Positions 14,256 through 27,704 of a DNA stretch of 64,000 bases are shown piece by piece. The number at the start of each line of letters is the position of its first letter. Positions within the stretch are counted from its first letter, which is position 1. This DNA is from Takakia lepidozioides. Taxonomy: Eukaryota; Plantae; Bryophyta. Position numbers and translations under genes: made by a program. The DNA lies in NCBI GenBank assembly GCA_030704615.1, contig CM060733.1, forward strand, positions 2,232,001 through 2,296,000, in the 5' to 3' direction. Below the pieces are notes generated by a model, which was not told where the DNA came from, made no database searches, and saw only the letters and a list, made by a program, of their open reading frames with translations.

Positions 14256-15095
14256 CCTCTCTAGGAAGGAGAAGAGAGAGAAGGAATGCATGCAGATGCC
14301 TTGAAAGGAGGGGTGACAGGGTAGAATAATATCCACTGCTGCTGAAGCCTTGGAGCCCACTGGCCCCACATGATACAACCCCACCCCGGCTGTTGAGACC
14401 ATGGCATTGCCACCAAAACCAGCAATGGAATTCCAATTCAAAATTCAATATATCAATTCAAGAAATCACTTTATTTGAGTGAAAATTTAAGACTTACGAT
14501 TGTTCCCATGGATTTGCTTGAATGTACCACCCAACATGTAAGAGCTTTCAAGGCAGCCATATCCAGATCCCTATGTTGTATACTCTGATTCGGCCCCATA
14601 TCCTCCCTCTGTAGCACTGGCTCCAGGATTACTGTCGGGTGAGCATCATTGGTTTGCTGGACATCCATCTCCAAACAGGTGGCATGTTGCAGGAGGCACG
14701 TCAGCAAGACAAACCCTGGACTATGATGTTCTTGGACATTCAACTAAAGAATGAAAGAATAGAACGAAAATGTGAGAGGCGATTTCCTTGTAAGGATTCT
14801 GCACTTGGTCTCCACCATTCCTCCTCTTTTTCAAAGATTGAACAGAGAACTATCCATCATGAAATCCTTCTCTTCTGCAGTCTCCCTGTTGATCAGACAC
14901 TCTGATAGTTGCCCCTGTGCTGACTGTCTATTCAAAGGTAGGTGATTTTACAATCCCCCACCCACTCTGTTTTACATTTTGGGATTTCACCAAAAAATTA
15001 GAGTTCCACGACATGCGAAAGATTCAGGCTCTAATTTGGGTCGAAGAAGAAAGAAGAATGCTGAGAAAGGTCAATTGTTTGGCAAAATTTTGAAG

Positions 15096-16427
15096 TCATG
15101 CTTGTGGGCCAACATCTTCTGAGTCATCCATGGCCTGTGCTAGTATCTGCTCTGCTCGTTTCCTCTTCTCATCCTTCTCCTCCTCCTTGCCCACTGAGAC
15201 AACCCCCTTCCCCTTTTTGATGGCTGAACTACTGTGTGCCAGGCTCAGCTGTGCGAAGATGGCCTTTGCCCGTGCCTTTCTTCCCCAATCAAATGTCAGA
15301 GAGACAGGCACCCGATCCTTTGCCTCAGGTATCCCACTTCTTGTGTGTTCACTGGGAGGTCCAGCTGCCAATTCATCATGTTCCATATTCATGGCGGCCT
15401 CAAGCGCAGGAGCAAATGCCTCCAGGACGGATGGCAGAGCTGCCTGCCCTTCACCGCCAGGCTTGGATATATTAGCATCGAACCCTCTCCCCGCAAGAGA
15501 AATGGGCGAAATCTCCTTCTCCCCAGCTAAAAGAGGAACAGCTAGAAATGGGTTTTGGACGGCGGTTGCTGGTTTCCTTCCTTTGCCATTTGCACGCTCA
15601 CCCTCCACCTCCATGTTTGCCAGTAGTGTTTCCTGATCCTTGGCTGGCCACTGCTGCCGAATGAGAAGGGACTGTGGGTTGGCTGGGTTCTTCGCACCGT
15701 GGAAACCACCTGCCCCTCTAGGTACCAAAGCTGATCCTGAAGAGGATGCGCCCCCCGCCCCCACCACCCTCCCAGAGAGACGGAGATGGAGGGCGACAAG
15801 CGAGCATTCTGCCTTGCGGCGCTTTCTGGCTTGCTCCAATTTATCCATGCACAGGTCGCTCTTTCGCTCATTCCAAACAGGAGTGGCTCGGTAAGTATGG
15901 GAATCAGGAAAAGCAGGCATCCAGGCAGGGATATGGGCGTGCGGGGGGGTCTCGCCCAGCTGTACAAAGCTGGGCGGGGCCGCCCGCTTCTTGGATACAG
16001 GGAAGTGTGGAACAGGCCTCGCAAATGGAATTTCCTCAGAGAATTCCACATACCTCATCACCTCGCGCAACGCTGCAGAGCTTGAAAGTGGCCGGGCCGG
16101 ATCTAACACTGCGCCTGGGCCAGTGCCCACATCCTCAATGCCCAAGATCACATCCAGCGCATTGCATTGTGTACGCCCACCATGATTTGCATAGAAGTGT
16201 GCCGCTTTGGCAAGATCACTGAGGTAACGCAGAGCAATGTCAGCCAACGTCTCTGCAGCAGAGCACTGGAAGGCATGAAAACCGAGAGACTCACATACCT
16301 GGGCCACGCCCATTCTGGCTACTGCGCGCCCGAATTGATCGTTACCCCCGCCCCCACCGTTGCAAGCTCCTGATCTACCCGTCGCACCTTTCTTCCCCCC
16401 TCTTTCTTTAGTTGATTTCGCAGCCAT
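15096..16427 (-). CDS. TAF8: TFIID subunit 8 (histone-fold/bromodomain-associated domain plus TAF8 C-terminal domain), intronless
   Basis: FGRAVARMGVAQVCESLGF...HGGRTQCNALDV, HIPAWMPAFPDSHTY and EQARKRRKAECSL. Start taken at MAAKST (16427). Confidence 0.9.
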   Translation of the reverse strand: MAAKSTKERGGKKGATGRSGACNGGGGGNDQFGRAVARMGVAQVCESLGFHAFQCSAAETLADIALRYLSDLAKAAHFYANHGGRTQCNALDVILGIEDVGTGPGAVLDPARPLSSSAALREVMRYVEFSEEIPFARPVPHFPVSKKRAAPPSFVQLGETPPHAHIPAWMPAFPDSHTYRATPVWNERKSDLCMDKLEQARKRRKAECSLVALHLRLSGRVVGAGGASSSGSALVPRGAGGFHGAKNPANPQSLLIRQQWPAKDQETLLANMEVEGERANGKGRKPATAVQNPFLAVPLLAGEKEISPISLAGRGFDANISKPGGEGQAALPSVLEAFAPALEAAMNMEHDELAAGPPSEHTRSGIPEAKDRVPVSLTFDWGRKARAKAIFAQLSLAHSSSAIKKGKGVVSVGKEEEKDEKRKRAEQILAQAMDDSEDVGPQA

Positions 16428-18377
16428 CTCCAAGCCCTTTCTGCCTGCTGGTGACAGGAAGGGCCATGCAGCATGCAGACCTGTGTTCCACAAGAAAGCT
16501 GAGGAGATAACCGAGACCACTGAGACAACCGGGCCCTAAATGATACGGTAATCGTTAGTTCGGATATTCTATAATAAGCATTCGTTTGGGGGTGGGATAC
16601 TGATGAGGTAACGTATCTATCAGAGTCCCTTACCCCGGGCACCACGTGTAAGTAGAGGAGACCTAAGAAACCCACCCAAAAACCCTCATCCTCAGATCTG
16701 TACATGGTGCCCTCGACGACCTTGTTACTTCGCAGTCTGCTGAAGGATCTTGAGAGCTCTATGGCACAGTGAGGATTACTTAGTCTAGCAGATGTGACCA
16801 AGAAACAGTTACAGGGAGAGCCCAACATGTTAGGAGATGTTAAGCCCTACATTGGTTCAAAGTGGGAAGCATAGCAACAAGTATCAATGCAGCGCCTCGA
16901 GAAAACACCACAGATGTTCATCGGAGTTCAACATTTTCAAATGAAAGCTCACGGTTCTCTGCATTGCAACTACAACGTGCAGGAAGCATATGGTCATCCT
17001 TAAGAATTTCTGACATCATCTCAGGGTTTACAAGTGGGAAGTTCACATTTGATGATCCGAAGTCAAACACAAAATAGGCTGGAGTCCAAGAAGATGGGTA
17101 CTCTTGCCCCATAAACGATTAGGCGGTACAGGTAGAAGGTTACAGCGCTTGAGACTAATCCCTTGAACCTAAAAGACCTTTGTGGGTCCTCGCAGTGGGG
17201 ATTGACCAACAATCCAATGGGAAAGAAGTCCCTTTGATCCCAAGCCCGACAAGTTACTCAGCTCTGTTCCATGGCACAGAACCTGCCGTATGGTTTTGCA
17301 GTCTCCTCACTATAGCTCTTGGATGAGGTTTGTCCAGGAATGAACATAAACTTCTCATGGACGATCTGTAGAGGACCCACCTCAACAACAATGATCGCGA
17401 TCGGAAAGAGACGGATGGATTGTAAGTGGCCGTGGACTTGGGACGCCGCCCCACTCAGAAGGCATAGTAGGTAGGAAAGCTGTCGCATCTCCTGTAGTAG
17501 GTGGGTACGGTGGTGTGAAGCATGTACATAACGATCGGTCCTGCTGTTCTTCTCAGCTTTCCTGTCGATGTTACAGAGCTTGACACACCACCCACTCTAA
17601 TTCTGCACTGGTGCAAAACATCACATGTGCATGTATGCCAGTGCAGAACCCTTTTAAGTTTCCCACGAGTCCTTCCAACAAAACAGGGACCAAAGCTACT
17701 AGTAAAAACCCCCAATCTCCAAGTGCTGCACTAGGTAGTGTAGTTTTATACATTGCACATGTATGGAGATCTACTTCTTTTGCCCTCTGCAAATAAGATC
17801 CTCCTGATCTGTGGTAGGTTGACAGTGCCTCTGCGGGGCTATTGTCTATGGGCAATAAGTGGGCGATGTGAGCGAGAGCAGAATTTAGTGCTCATGTGAT
17901 TCAGTACTATTGAAAATCTGCTTGCCATCTTCCTGGAATGATGGCTATCATGGAGGCAACGAATTAGTGACTGATTCATTGCAGGCGGTAACTAAGAAAC
18001 AGTCCTAGGTAGTGAGACGCTAAACTGACATATTCGAGGCTTTCTGCTCTGATGTTCATACAAGGCTCCGTGGGGAGGTGCAATACTACACCCTATCTTG
18101 GACCCAAACTTTTCGAGACCATCATTGCCTTCAGCAATTTATCTTCACTAAGCTCAAAAAGGTTAGCATAATCTAAGGATTTGAGTCGTAACTGCGGTCC
18201 AAGGAGGAAAGGCCCCTTGTCTGTATACAGCTCAGGACGATGCTGACCAAGTACCTAGCTGGACCGTAGCTTGCAGCTAATTTGAGTCCCTAGGGTACGT
18301 GGTACTGCAATACCAGAAGGCTTCCTGCATGTATACCTACTACCCCATTGTGCGGGATTCGAGTAGCGCTATCATCA

Positions 18378-21300
18378 TGTCTCACCAGAGAGAAGAATCC
18401 CTTCCATCTCTGGCCGCCTCAAGAGCCTTGAACAGATATGACTTAGTCCATGCATCTGCTGATACTTCGACGGTGAAGGATCCTCTTCTAAGTAACTCCC
18501 GGCAGGTCAACCTGGTCGTTATGGAGGAACGTAAGCTAGCAGGCGTATCATATCTCTCACTACTACGCAGGGTAATGGCCACTGATCCCGAGGTCAATAA
18601 TCTTGTTCAAAATTTGTATGTGAGTTCTGTTGTGACGGAGAAGTTGGTGAAATGTAATATAGATTCATCTAAACAACAATACCTGCAGAGAGGGAGCAGA
18701 GAGGAGGCACCTAGAAACTTGAAAGTATGTGTATTCAAGTTCAAGAGCTAGGGAGATTTAGAAACATACATAATGTGACAGTATGTGCGTCAATTCAAGA
18801 GAGGGAGTCTAAGACATCCTCATACATTGCACGACACTGCACCGGCCGGCCTCAGCAGGGACTGGAATCATGGATTAGATCACATATGTAAAACTTCAAA
18901 TATTAATTAGGGTCTATGGGAGTCTGGAGAGAGTTATATGGACAAAAAGGAAGTCGCTAGGAAAGGAAAAAGTTGTTCAAAGATTGTGATCATATAGATC
19001 TCGAATCACCTACTTGCGGAAGCCAAGGCAAGTGTAGTAAAGAATTTTACGTACATGTTTCAGAATTTTGGATTCGGAATCATTCCAGAAATTTCAGTCG
19101 TAGAGATTTATTGATCTGCAATGTTTAGGAATTTGGATAAGATTGATGTATTGATATATAGTGACTAAGTATGTGAACTGACTGGGGATTCGAGGGCAGG
19201 CTGTAGCAGAGATGCTTGCAGTTTTCCTCATCGTGTTTACAGCAGGTGGAGCAACGATTGTCAACGCCAAGAATCATGGGGACCTGACCCTGTTCGGGTT
19301 AGCAGCTGCTGGAGGGTTGGCTGTCACGATGATGATCTTCTCTGTCGGTCAAATATCAGGAGGACATGTGAATCCTGCTGTAACAATTGCCTTTGCATCA
19401 ACACGGACATTTCCATTGGTTCTGGTAAGCGACAAAGTCAGGAAATTATGTTCAGGGAAAAAAGAGGAAATTACTCGTGCAGAGCCTCCGATGATGAATT
19501 GAACGATGTCAAGTAATATTCAACATCACCTGTAGATCATATACATATACATTAGTGCAAGCAGCTCTGAACATTCGAGCGGGGGTTTCTCACGGACAGT
19601 TGCATGTGAATACCTGCAGATACCCAGATTCGTTTTCTGGGGGTAGTGACCGACCTTCTAAGCTCATGTCGTGCTGTGCTGTCTCGCACATGTATGTCGG
19701 ACATGGTTTGCAAATAGTCCGCGACTGAAATCTGTTCGAAGTCCCACCCAAAACCGACTACCTAGTGAAAATGGCCTCAACATGCTGTCCAGATTCGTGA
19801 ATTCTCTTGTTCATAGTACATATATCTTAGATTTCAAATGTCAGAGGAGGACATACTGTTCGAAAAACTGGGGAACGAGGATTTCGCGAACCGTACTACC
19901 GTCAAACGTCGAAAAGCAGGAAATGGCATCTACAAGTACCATTCAACTCCTCATACAGGATCGTATTGAATTTCAGGTTCCTATATACATTGGAGCGCAG
20001 TTTGTTGGAGCCATAACAGCAGCCGCTGTTCTAAAAGGGCTATATAATGTTGATGGAGCAGCAGTTACAGTTCCATATGGAACCAATTTGCAATCGTTCT
20101 TTGTTGAATTTCTTTGCGGATTCAATCTTATGTTCGTTGCTACTGCAGTTACCACAGGTTACCAAACTGTGAGTTCCTTTCCCGATTGTCTTCTTTTATC
20201 TCCAGTTTCTGGAACCTCATAGATCTATATTGCTTCTTATTACTGAGTATACATGTAAAGGATAATTCTGAATGCCCCTCCATAAGTCGTTGCACCGTCA
20301 TCGCTCTGTTACACGTATATACATGTAAGCACTGTTCAAAATGCACAAAGTGAGAAGATTCTGAGCCCTTTCTTGTTGTTTTTGGGCTGCTTGTGGAGAG
20401 GCCCCTCTCTCTTTCTTGTTTCATGTTTCTCTTCTAGTCCCATGCCATATGCATAGATCTGTCCTAGTGCTGTATTTCATATGTTCAAACAGGCTCCACT
20501 TCTTTAAGGATAATAGAACGATATGGTCGAGGTGAGTCTGAGACTTCTTAATCAATTAAGGTTGACATTTACTTTCATCGTCACGAATGCAGTCCGGGGA
20601 GCTGGCTGGAATAGCCATCGGAGCCACAGTGACACTCAACGTCCTTTTTGCTGGGTATGTGAACCTATCTAAAGACATCTTAAAAGAAGTACAGTCCTTG
20701 ATCATTCACTCCACCCATTGCTGCTTGTCGTGCTGAACCGCATTGTCTATTGGACCTCCGGTCTCGACTCTTCTGACGGAATTAAGTTTACCAATTTCTG
20801 GACAAACTTGTTCCCAACGGGCGAAATTTTAGTTTCAGTAGATTCAGGACTAGTGGTACTAAGTTATGTAATGATAATGGACCGATACAAGATTGGGATG
20901 CTTGGGCCTACATTCGCTGATTCCATGATGTTTGCAACCTACAACATATTGAACAGATTTCCTGATTGATAAATAGAGTACTTACAACGGCCTGGCTTGT
21001 TCACGATGAACTTTCATCTTCAGTTTTCAGCCTGAAAATCATGATCTGCTAGATTAGAAGCCTGCATACTCTCCTTCAGACTGGGTATAGTAACTTGACT
21101 AGCATGTTAGCTCCCTCAATTTAACACAGAATTTCACTTTAAAATTTTGAGAATTTAAATGGAATTTACTGAATGAGATTGTTTGCACCTTCTTATACAT
21201 GGACTGAGTGGCCATGCTGTTTTTTTGTGCTCAGTCCTGTATCAGGGGCTTCGATGAACCCAGCTCGAAGTTTGGGCCCTGCAATAGTCGCAAACAATTA

Positions 21301-21397
21301 TGAAGGTATCTGGATCTACCTTCTGGGGCCCACAGTGGGCGCTGTGGTTGGAACGTGGGCTTACAAACTGCTCTATCATAAAGATGAACAAAGTTGA
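18378..21397 (+). CDS. NIP: NIP aquaporin (NPA/NPA; ar/R G-V-A-R)
   Basis: Exons ~18378-18619, 19200-19424, 19977-20168, 20593-20654 and 21235-21397. Motifs [21 protein letters not shown] and [13 protein letters not shown]. Same intron positions as the minus-strand NIP. Start codon uncertain. Confidence 0.92.
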
Positions 21398-22145
21398 GAC
21401 GATCGTATCACTGCAAAACTTTCTCTGACCCAAGCATCTCCCAAGCATATGAGAAGCAGATGGCTCGCAGATGCAGGAATTGGAATCACTACTACTTCAT
21501 GGCTTCCATTTGCAAGACAACAATTTCAGGTGGAGCTAATTGATCATGACGATGAGTTATCAGATGCCTCGGGGTAAATTACCAGCTGGCACCTTATAGA
21601 AGTGAATGCAATCTGGAGTGTAGTTAAAACATCATGTAACTAAGTCCTCTGCCAAAACTTCTTGGTCCTGCACATCTGCTAAGTCTGTGCAGATCGGCCA
21701 AGTCACTACATCATGACATGTTGAACTAGGAAGGAGTCGAAAGCTTCCAGCATGCCAAGCTCGTGGATAGGGACACCGCCTCCAACTATTTTAGCCAGCC
21801 TGAGAAATCCTTGTAACTTATTTCCTCAATTTCAGTGCTCTTTCAGTGATTCTCGAAAGCTCTGAAGTTTAGAATTCCTACGGTCCCGACTAACTAATTA
21901 ACCCAATTTTTATTTGAATCCTAGATATCAAGTTAGATGATTACTCTGCAAAACAATAATCAGGGGTGCCGTCCCTTTCGAGTAAGTTCAATATTAAAAA
22001 ATCCATCAATTGAATGATGCGTCTAGTGTTGCATTTTGTAGAGTACTCTGACACATTTAATATTTATGAAATATTTCAATGATTGAAAGTTTTTATTTGA
22101 CAAATCTATGCTTAGATGCTCCTTGGAAGAAGCTAGAGACGTTGG

Positions 22146-22230
22146 AGACGCCAGCGTAAATGAGAGCCTCTTCCCCTTCCCCTTGGGGTAATGCCCCCTC
22201 GCGTGGGTGTAAGGCTATATTCTCCTTGGA
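22146..22230 (-). mobile_element. Third copy of the RLE-LINE-type structured 3' tail
   Basis: Reverse complement reads ...GGGGGCATTACCCCAAGGGGAAGGGGAAGAGGCTCTCATTTACGCTGGCGTC, matching 290-364. Confidence 0.6.
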
Positions 22231-22616
22231 TATAGAATGAAAGTACGCATATGTATGGACTGAATCGTCTCTTTGCTATGTACTTCCTACTCAAGTGAGA
22301 ATTATAACTTGGAGACAATGAAGTTCTGATCAGATTTGATCTGTATAAATCGCAGTTTAAACCAACATACCGTGTCCAGAGACTTGTGTCAGTACCTGGA
22401 CTAGACTCATCTTCATCTTCATTGTAACAACTGCGTTCATGAATGGTTTAGAGGATATCCATCACAAATAACCCACATCGCGAAGGACCCGTGGTCTGCG
22501 TATAATTAAGCCAAAGATCCTTCGCTACCCTACCTGAACTGTGGCAGACCATATGACAGACGGTTTCTGTAGTTCGCACCTAGTCCAACCCTTTCAGGAC
22601 TGTGGATTTTTCCCCA

Positions 22617-23213
22617 CTAGCATGAGACGAATGCATATTGAATATTCAGGGGGAGCATGTCTGCTTGGGCATACGCAAAAGAAACAGAACTACTTGTAAC
22701 CATCGGCCCCCCATTGTTGACAAGGCATGAAGTAGTAGTACCGAACCGCCGGAACTCCTTGGGATCCACCAAAGTTGCCGAAAGATTTAGGTCTCCACAA
22801 CTGGCAATGATGTTTGTTATTCTGCAAGCAGGATTTTGGCAAACGTCAACAATTTGCACCTGGTATTGAGGGATGCCCTGTGAATTAAACCTCTTTTCCT
22901 GTGAGACTCTGACGTCGCTTGCAGTGCAACCCTTGGTGAAGTTCGAATCCCTGACCTCCACCCCACCATGAGAGAGAAGCTTACGGTTGGGGCAAGTACT
23001 GACAGTCGACTGCATCACGCCCTTGGCACTTATCTCCACCAGGCGTGTACTGGAGTGGATCGCCACCTCTGTCATCTCCGAAAAGGCATCCTGCTCCACT
23101 GCTAACACCACCTCAGTACTCATGGAGAAAACCACCATGAACATGTAAGAAAAAAGCAGCAGAGCTTGGAGGGAAACAAACTGCACCCGGGTGCAGCTAC
23201 GTCTGGCAGCCAT
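22617..23213 (-). CDS. TPD1-like (tapetum determinant 1 family) secreted Cys-rich protein, intronless
   Basis: Hydrophobic N-terminus and RKLL processing-like site, followed by C...DVRVSQ...GIPQYQVQIVDVC...C...CG...SATLVDPKEFRR...CLVNNG.P...VSFAY...C. Confidence 0.88.
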   Translation of the reverse strand: MAARRSCTRVQFVSLQALLLFSYMFMVVFSMSTEVVLAVEQDAFSEMTEVAIHSSTRLVEISAKGVMQSTVSTCPNRKLLSHGGVEVRDSNFTKGCTASDVRVSQEKRFNSQGIPQYQVQIVDVCQNPACRITNIIASCGDLNLSATLVDPKEFRRFGTTTSCLVNNGGPMVTSSSVSFAYAQADMLPLNIQYAFVSC

Positions 23214-24833
23214 GGGGACTCTTTGAACAGGAGAAAATGGCCGACTGGAACTTCAGCCTTGTGCACAGCCCGTGCACAATAGAACTGAGTCTGCCAATTG
23301 ATGACTTGCCCAGCACCAGATTTCTGCCAACCACTGCTCTCCAGCAATGGTCGCAATCGGGAGATAACGACAAAGTTGACAAAGCTGGTATTGATATGCA
23401 ATCTCTTGAGAACTGTGCACGGCCAATTATAATAGAATAATCGTTGATCCCAATATTAAAATATCAATTGGCTTGGCCTCATACGTCAATGTGTCAACTT
23501 TGTCGTTGGTAGGTTATCAGGGACCCACCCGGTTAATTACAGGTTATTTGTCGGGTAAGGGTAACTATAGCCCCAGGTTATGAGCATAAAAGAGAACAGT
23601 GGACAGTGAACACCGTCATTACTGGACAACTCAAATACCCTGTGAAACACCCTGAACGTGTGAGTGAATAGCATCTCAAGACATAGAACAGACCCCCATA
23701 TCTTTTAAGTGGATGGAAACGGTTATAGTAGCTATGGTTTCGTGGCAAATAGTAGTTTTCTTTTGATGTCCTATTTTCACTATATACATTGAAGTGCACA
23801 TTGAACCTGAGCGATAGGTTCTGCAGGCCTAGGTTCTGCAGCTTACCTAGGGTACTTCAATTATATCCGATGGTAGGCAGGTTATATTTCGGTTATAACA
23901 AAGGCCCGACTTGAAATATCATCACATGTTATGATTTGTTCATGAATTGGCAAATAACCTGACCACAAATATTGTTCAAATTTTCATAACCGTAACCTTC
24001 ATTCAATGTGCATATTTCACCTGGAACAAGAGGTTATTTACTGCACGAGTCAACTTGTATAACGTGAACCTCATGAGAGTTGAAAAAATGAGAACCGACC
24101 AACACTGCCCCATACCACCTCAAAATAGGCTGTGCAATAACATGCCTCAAGAAGAGTGCGAGTGGATGTGACAACCAACGTCCCTGGAAATAATTTCAGT
24201 TGAACCAGCCAGTAGCCGCTCATTCCCAGCAGCAATAGGCTAAGTGGGTTGGGCAGTCGGTTGCTATCCCTTAGTAATAACTATACCTGGTCAATTTCCG
24301 AGATAATGTTGTTACAACTGGTAATATTCCTAATGATTTATTTTGTGTTAGCTATAAATCCGGCCCTTATAAATATCAACCTGTTGACAACACAAGTGTC
24401 AAATGCACAACAATAAATAAATAAATAATAATAAATAATAATCACAACCAGTTTTAAGCAATTCAAACAAGTGAAGAACATTGTATCCTTATAGAAGTTG
24501 GACCTGTCAATGCCTTCAAACCACATGGAGGCCAAGAATTGAACCTGCGTGGACAGGTGAGCTGTGATAGCAGGCAGCGAGTGCAAGCAGGCGTGGGGCT
24601 GGGGCTGCGGAGAGCAACGTCCAGACTTACTAGGGTTTGCCCGCTACCCCGGCCTCTTGAGTTCAATATTTTTTCACCTAAACGCCCTTCCTAGGATGTA
24701 ACCCGGCTTGGCATGTTGGATTTCTGCCATGTGGCGGACTTAGACGGCCATTTCCGTTTTTTGTAATATAAGAAGGGCCGGAATCCGTCCAGGCCTTGCC
24801 AACTAAGGCAGATTTCCTGTCTGTAATGTATTA

Positions 24834-24945
24834 GGGAAGGGTCGTTCCCAAGGCCCTTCCTGAATTTGAGGCACTGGCAACGAGGGGGGAGCCCGAGTTC
24901 CGGGTGCTCGAAAATACGGGAAGGGCCATGGGAACGACCCTTCCA
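24834..24945. repeat. Compound inverted repeat (hairpin whose arms are themselves palindromic)
   Basis: GGAAGGGTCGTTCCCAAGGCCCTTCC...GGAAGGGCCATGGGAACGACCCTTCC. Confidence 0.7.
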
Positions 24946-26480
24946 CGTGAAAAACTGGGAAATTTTCTTTCCCGCTCCTTGCCCCGCAAATCGGGGGACC
25001 CCTTCCACACGCGGAATTTACTTCCCACAAATTGGGGGACCCTTCCAAAAGCGGAAGGTACTTCCCGTAAATCGGGGGAACCTTGCGGCCAGGGAGGCTC
25101 CTTGAATTACAAAGAAAAAAATTTGCCAGTGTTTTACGAAATGGAAAGGCAAATATCCTTCCTAAAAGTAGGGCACCCGGTTGATTTCCGCTTAGGCCAT
25201 TTTTTCCCTCGGATCCATTTCCTGCGGTTTCATATGTCATTCGGAAACTCTGGAATTCAGTCAGGGCTAGCATGTAACTGGCTGCCGGTTCTCCCCGTTG
25301 GTTGGTGACAACTTCCAAGGAATCTTGCAGTATTTCCGACATCTTGTGTTGATTGAACTGAAGTGGCCCAGCTCTTCCTCTCTCTACAATATCGGGAAAT
25401 TTCAGCGCTGGAGACCCTTAGATGAAAAGACAACTAACCGTGCGCAGCGATCCTGCTGAGGTCATCTGGCCTAATCTCCAACCGTAGATATTTGTAGATC
25501 TTGAGAATACAATGTAAAACACGTGACTCCTTTTAATTGATGAATTTAGCACCTTCTACTCTTGCGGTTTTCCCATAATCGGAGTACACTCTTAGTACAC
25601 ATGTATAGCAGAGATATGTGGGCTCTTACATCGCTATGAAGAGCTGGTGTTCGATCTATCCAAAAGTCGGTAAGTGCACCTATAACGACTACAAACTACC
25701 CAATTTCGATGCGGCACACTTGGCAGACCTTGTAGCGATGATTCTCAATTCTGATAGTTAGTCTAATTCACTACTGGCCGATCAGTCACTTTCTTTTCAG
25801 ATTCCTAATTCATAGTGTTCCTCTCAAGGGACATTCATGATTATAACCCGAGTAACAAGGATTAGATTGGAAGGTGATAGAGGCCGAGAGATGCCCTCCT
25901 ACATGCATTTCACACATCAGAACTCCAAACAGGTACATGATACCAGATATCAGATGCACACATGTTCAGTGTTGATGTTTCAGATGTTGGATACCTAGCT
26001 TCTTGAGAACAATGATGAAGTGATTTTACGCATTTTCTCTATGTAATTAGTTCCCCTCACAACCTTTTTAAATTATCCATTTCTCCTTCCTGCTGCACCT
26101 AAAAAATAGACATAATTATGCATTAGTTACAAGTCTGTTTTCATAAAGGTTCTTATATTGTCAATTATAACACCATGTATAAGGAAGTCACCTAGACCTG
26201 TATAGATTGTATAGATCAGAGCTTTTATAGATCAGTCAAGACTTGACTGTATATTAACTTTATAGTAACTTATTTATTTAGCGTTGAATAATGAAGGACC
26301 TGGCATTAGGTCTTTGCATTATTAGTGGAAACATCTTATCAGGCTGCCCCAGTCATAATACCTAATGTTCAGCTAGAATCTATCCGATCACAGTACTACA
26401 CTCTTCAATGTGAGGTGAAACCCATAGCCAAAACCGCTTTGATATGTCCCCAACCTTTGGACCAGATCAGATGGTACTAA

Positions 26481-27071
26481 CTACCGCGTGCATGAGACGT
26501 GTATAGACTGTATATGCAACGGGAACATGTGTGTCTGGGTATATATAAAAGAAACAGAGCTACCCATACTCATCGGCCGGCCATTGTTAACCAAGCAAGA
26601 TGTAGTCGTGCCCAATCGCTTGAACAATTGGGGGTCCACGAAAGTCGCAGAAGCAAAGTCTCCACAACTAGCAATAACGTCTATTATCTTGCAAGGAGTG
26701 TTGCATAAGTCAATAATCTGCACGTGATATTGGGGGATGCCACTTTCACCAGGCACAGGGAGCTCTTGCTGGGTGATGCTCATGTCGTCTGCAGTGCAAG
26801 GATATTGGGTCAAGGTCCTGACATGCACGCGTAGAAGCTTGCGGGTGGGATAAGACTTAAGCTTGACAGTCTGCAACTCATCTTTGTATGCTGTCTTCTC
26901 CACCAGTTGTGTGGAGTGGATCGCCACCTCTGCGCCCTCCACATTAAAAGAACCCTCCTCCAAGGGCAAAGTCAGCTCATTCACACAGAGAACCATCAAT
27001 AACATGTAAGAAAGAAGCATACTAACTAGAATGGAAGAAAACACTGCACTGAAGCCAAGTTGGGCAGCCAT
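26481..27071 (-). CDS. TPD1-like secreted Cys-rich protein, tandem paralog, intronless
   Basis: Same motif set (RKLL, GIPQYHVQIIDLC, SATFVDPQLFKR, CLVNNGRP, VSFIY). Start taken at MAAQLG (27071). Confidence 0.88.
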   Translation of the reverse strand: MAAQLGFSAVFSSILVSMLLSYMLLMVLCVNELTLPLEEGSFNVEGAEVAIHSTQLVEKTAYKDELQTVKLKSYPTRKLLRVHVRTLTQYPCTADDMSITQQELPVPGESGIPQYHVQIIDLCNTPCKIIDVIASCGDFASATFVDPQLFKRLGTTTSCLVNNGRPMSMGSSVSFIYTQTHMFPLHIQSIHVSCTR

Positions 27072-27704
27072 GGGAATGGAAGAATGGAAGAGCCTAGAAA
27101 TCCAGTAGACTAGAGAGTGGATTGATCTTGCCAATAATCCATTAAATACCCAAGCATGCGCCCCCGCCAGCTACTCTCTAGAAGCAGCCTGAGGCCATGT
27201 AGGAAAAAATCTTCCAGTAATGGCGGCACGATTTCTCCACACGCTTCTTCTCCACTTGCCAAACGGTTAATAGTGGATGTGGATAGCACAGTCTTAAGAA
27301 TATTCTATGCACCTTCTCTTTCCAGGGACGAACGTGAAGGCATCCGTACACGAATCTTCCATACTGGTCCTTACACGGGGGTGGAAAGTGCTGGGGCTGG
27401 GAACGGGCCTCGTCATGGATGAAGAGCCCACCATAGATGAACACTGCTGTCTCTCCCCTTTCTATCCAGATGTGATCCATGACGATGTTACTGAGTTACT
27501 GACTCACTGAGTTTTATTGGCCAATTCTATTGAAGAACTCGTTCTCTGAAATATATGTCACGAGCATGCTCTCATTCCGCCCCTTCATCCAGTGCGTTTA
27601 CCGAGGCATCTAGGGACACCAATGGAATTTTCTCATAGGTTGGCTTTGGATGAGGAGGGGATGGCTTTAGGGTAGGCTACCTTACACATACACATGGGGT
27701 CGGG

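Noticed and set aside
10000-14900. Numerous short ORFs between the first NIP and TAF8 (likewise 16.6-18.2 kb and 57.8-58.37 kb)
   Set aside because: No motifs or consistent splice structure recognised; they may be decayed coding sequence, but I cannot support a call.
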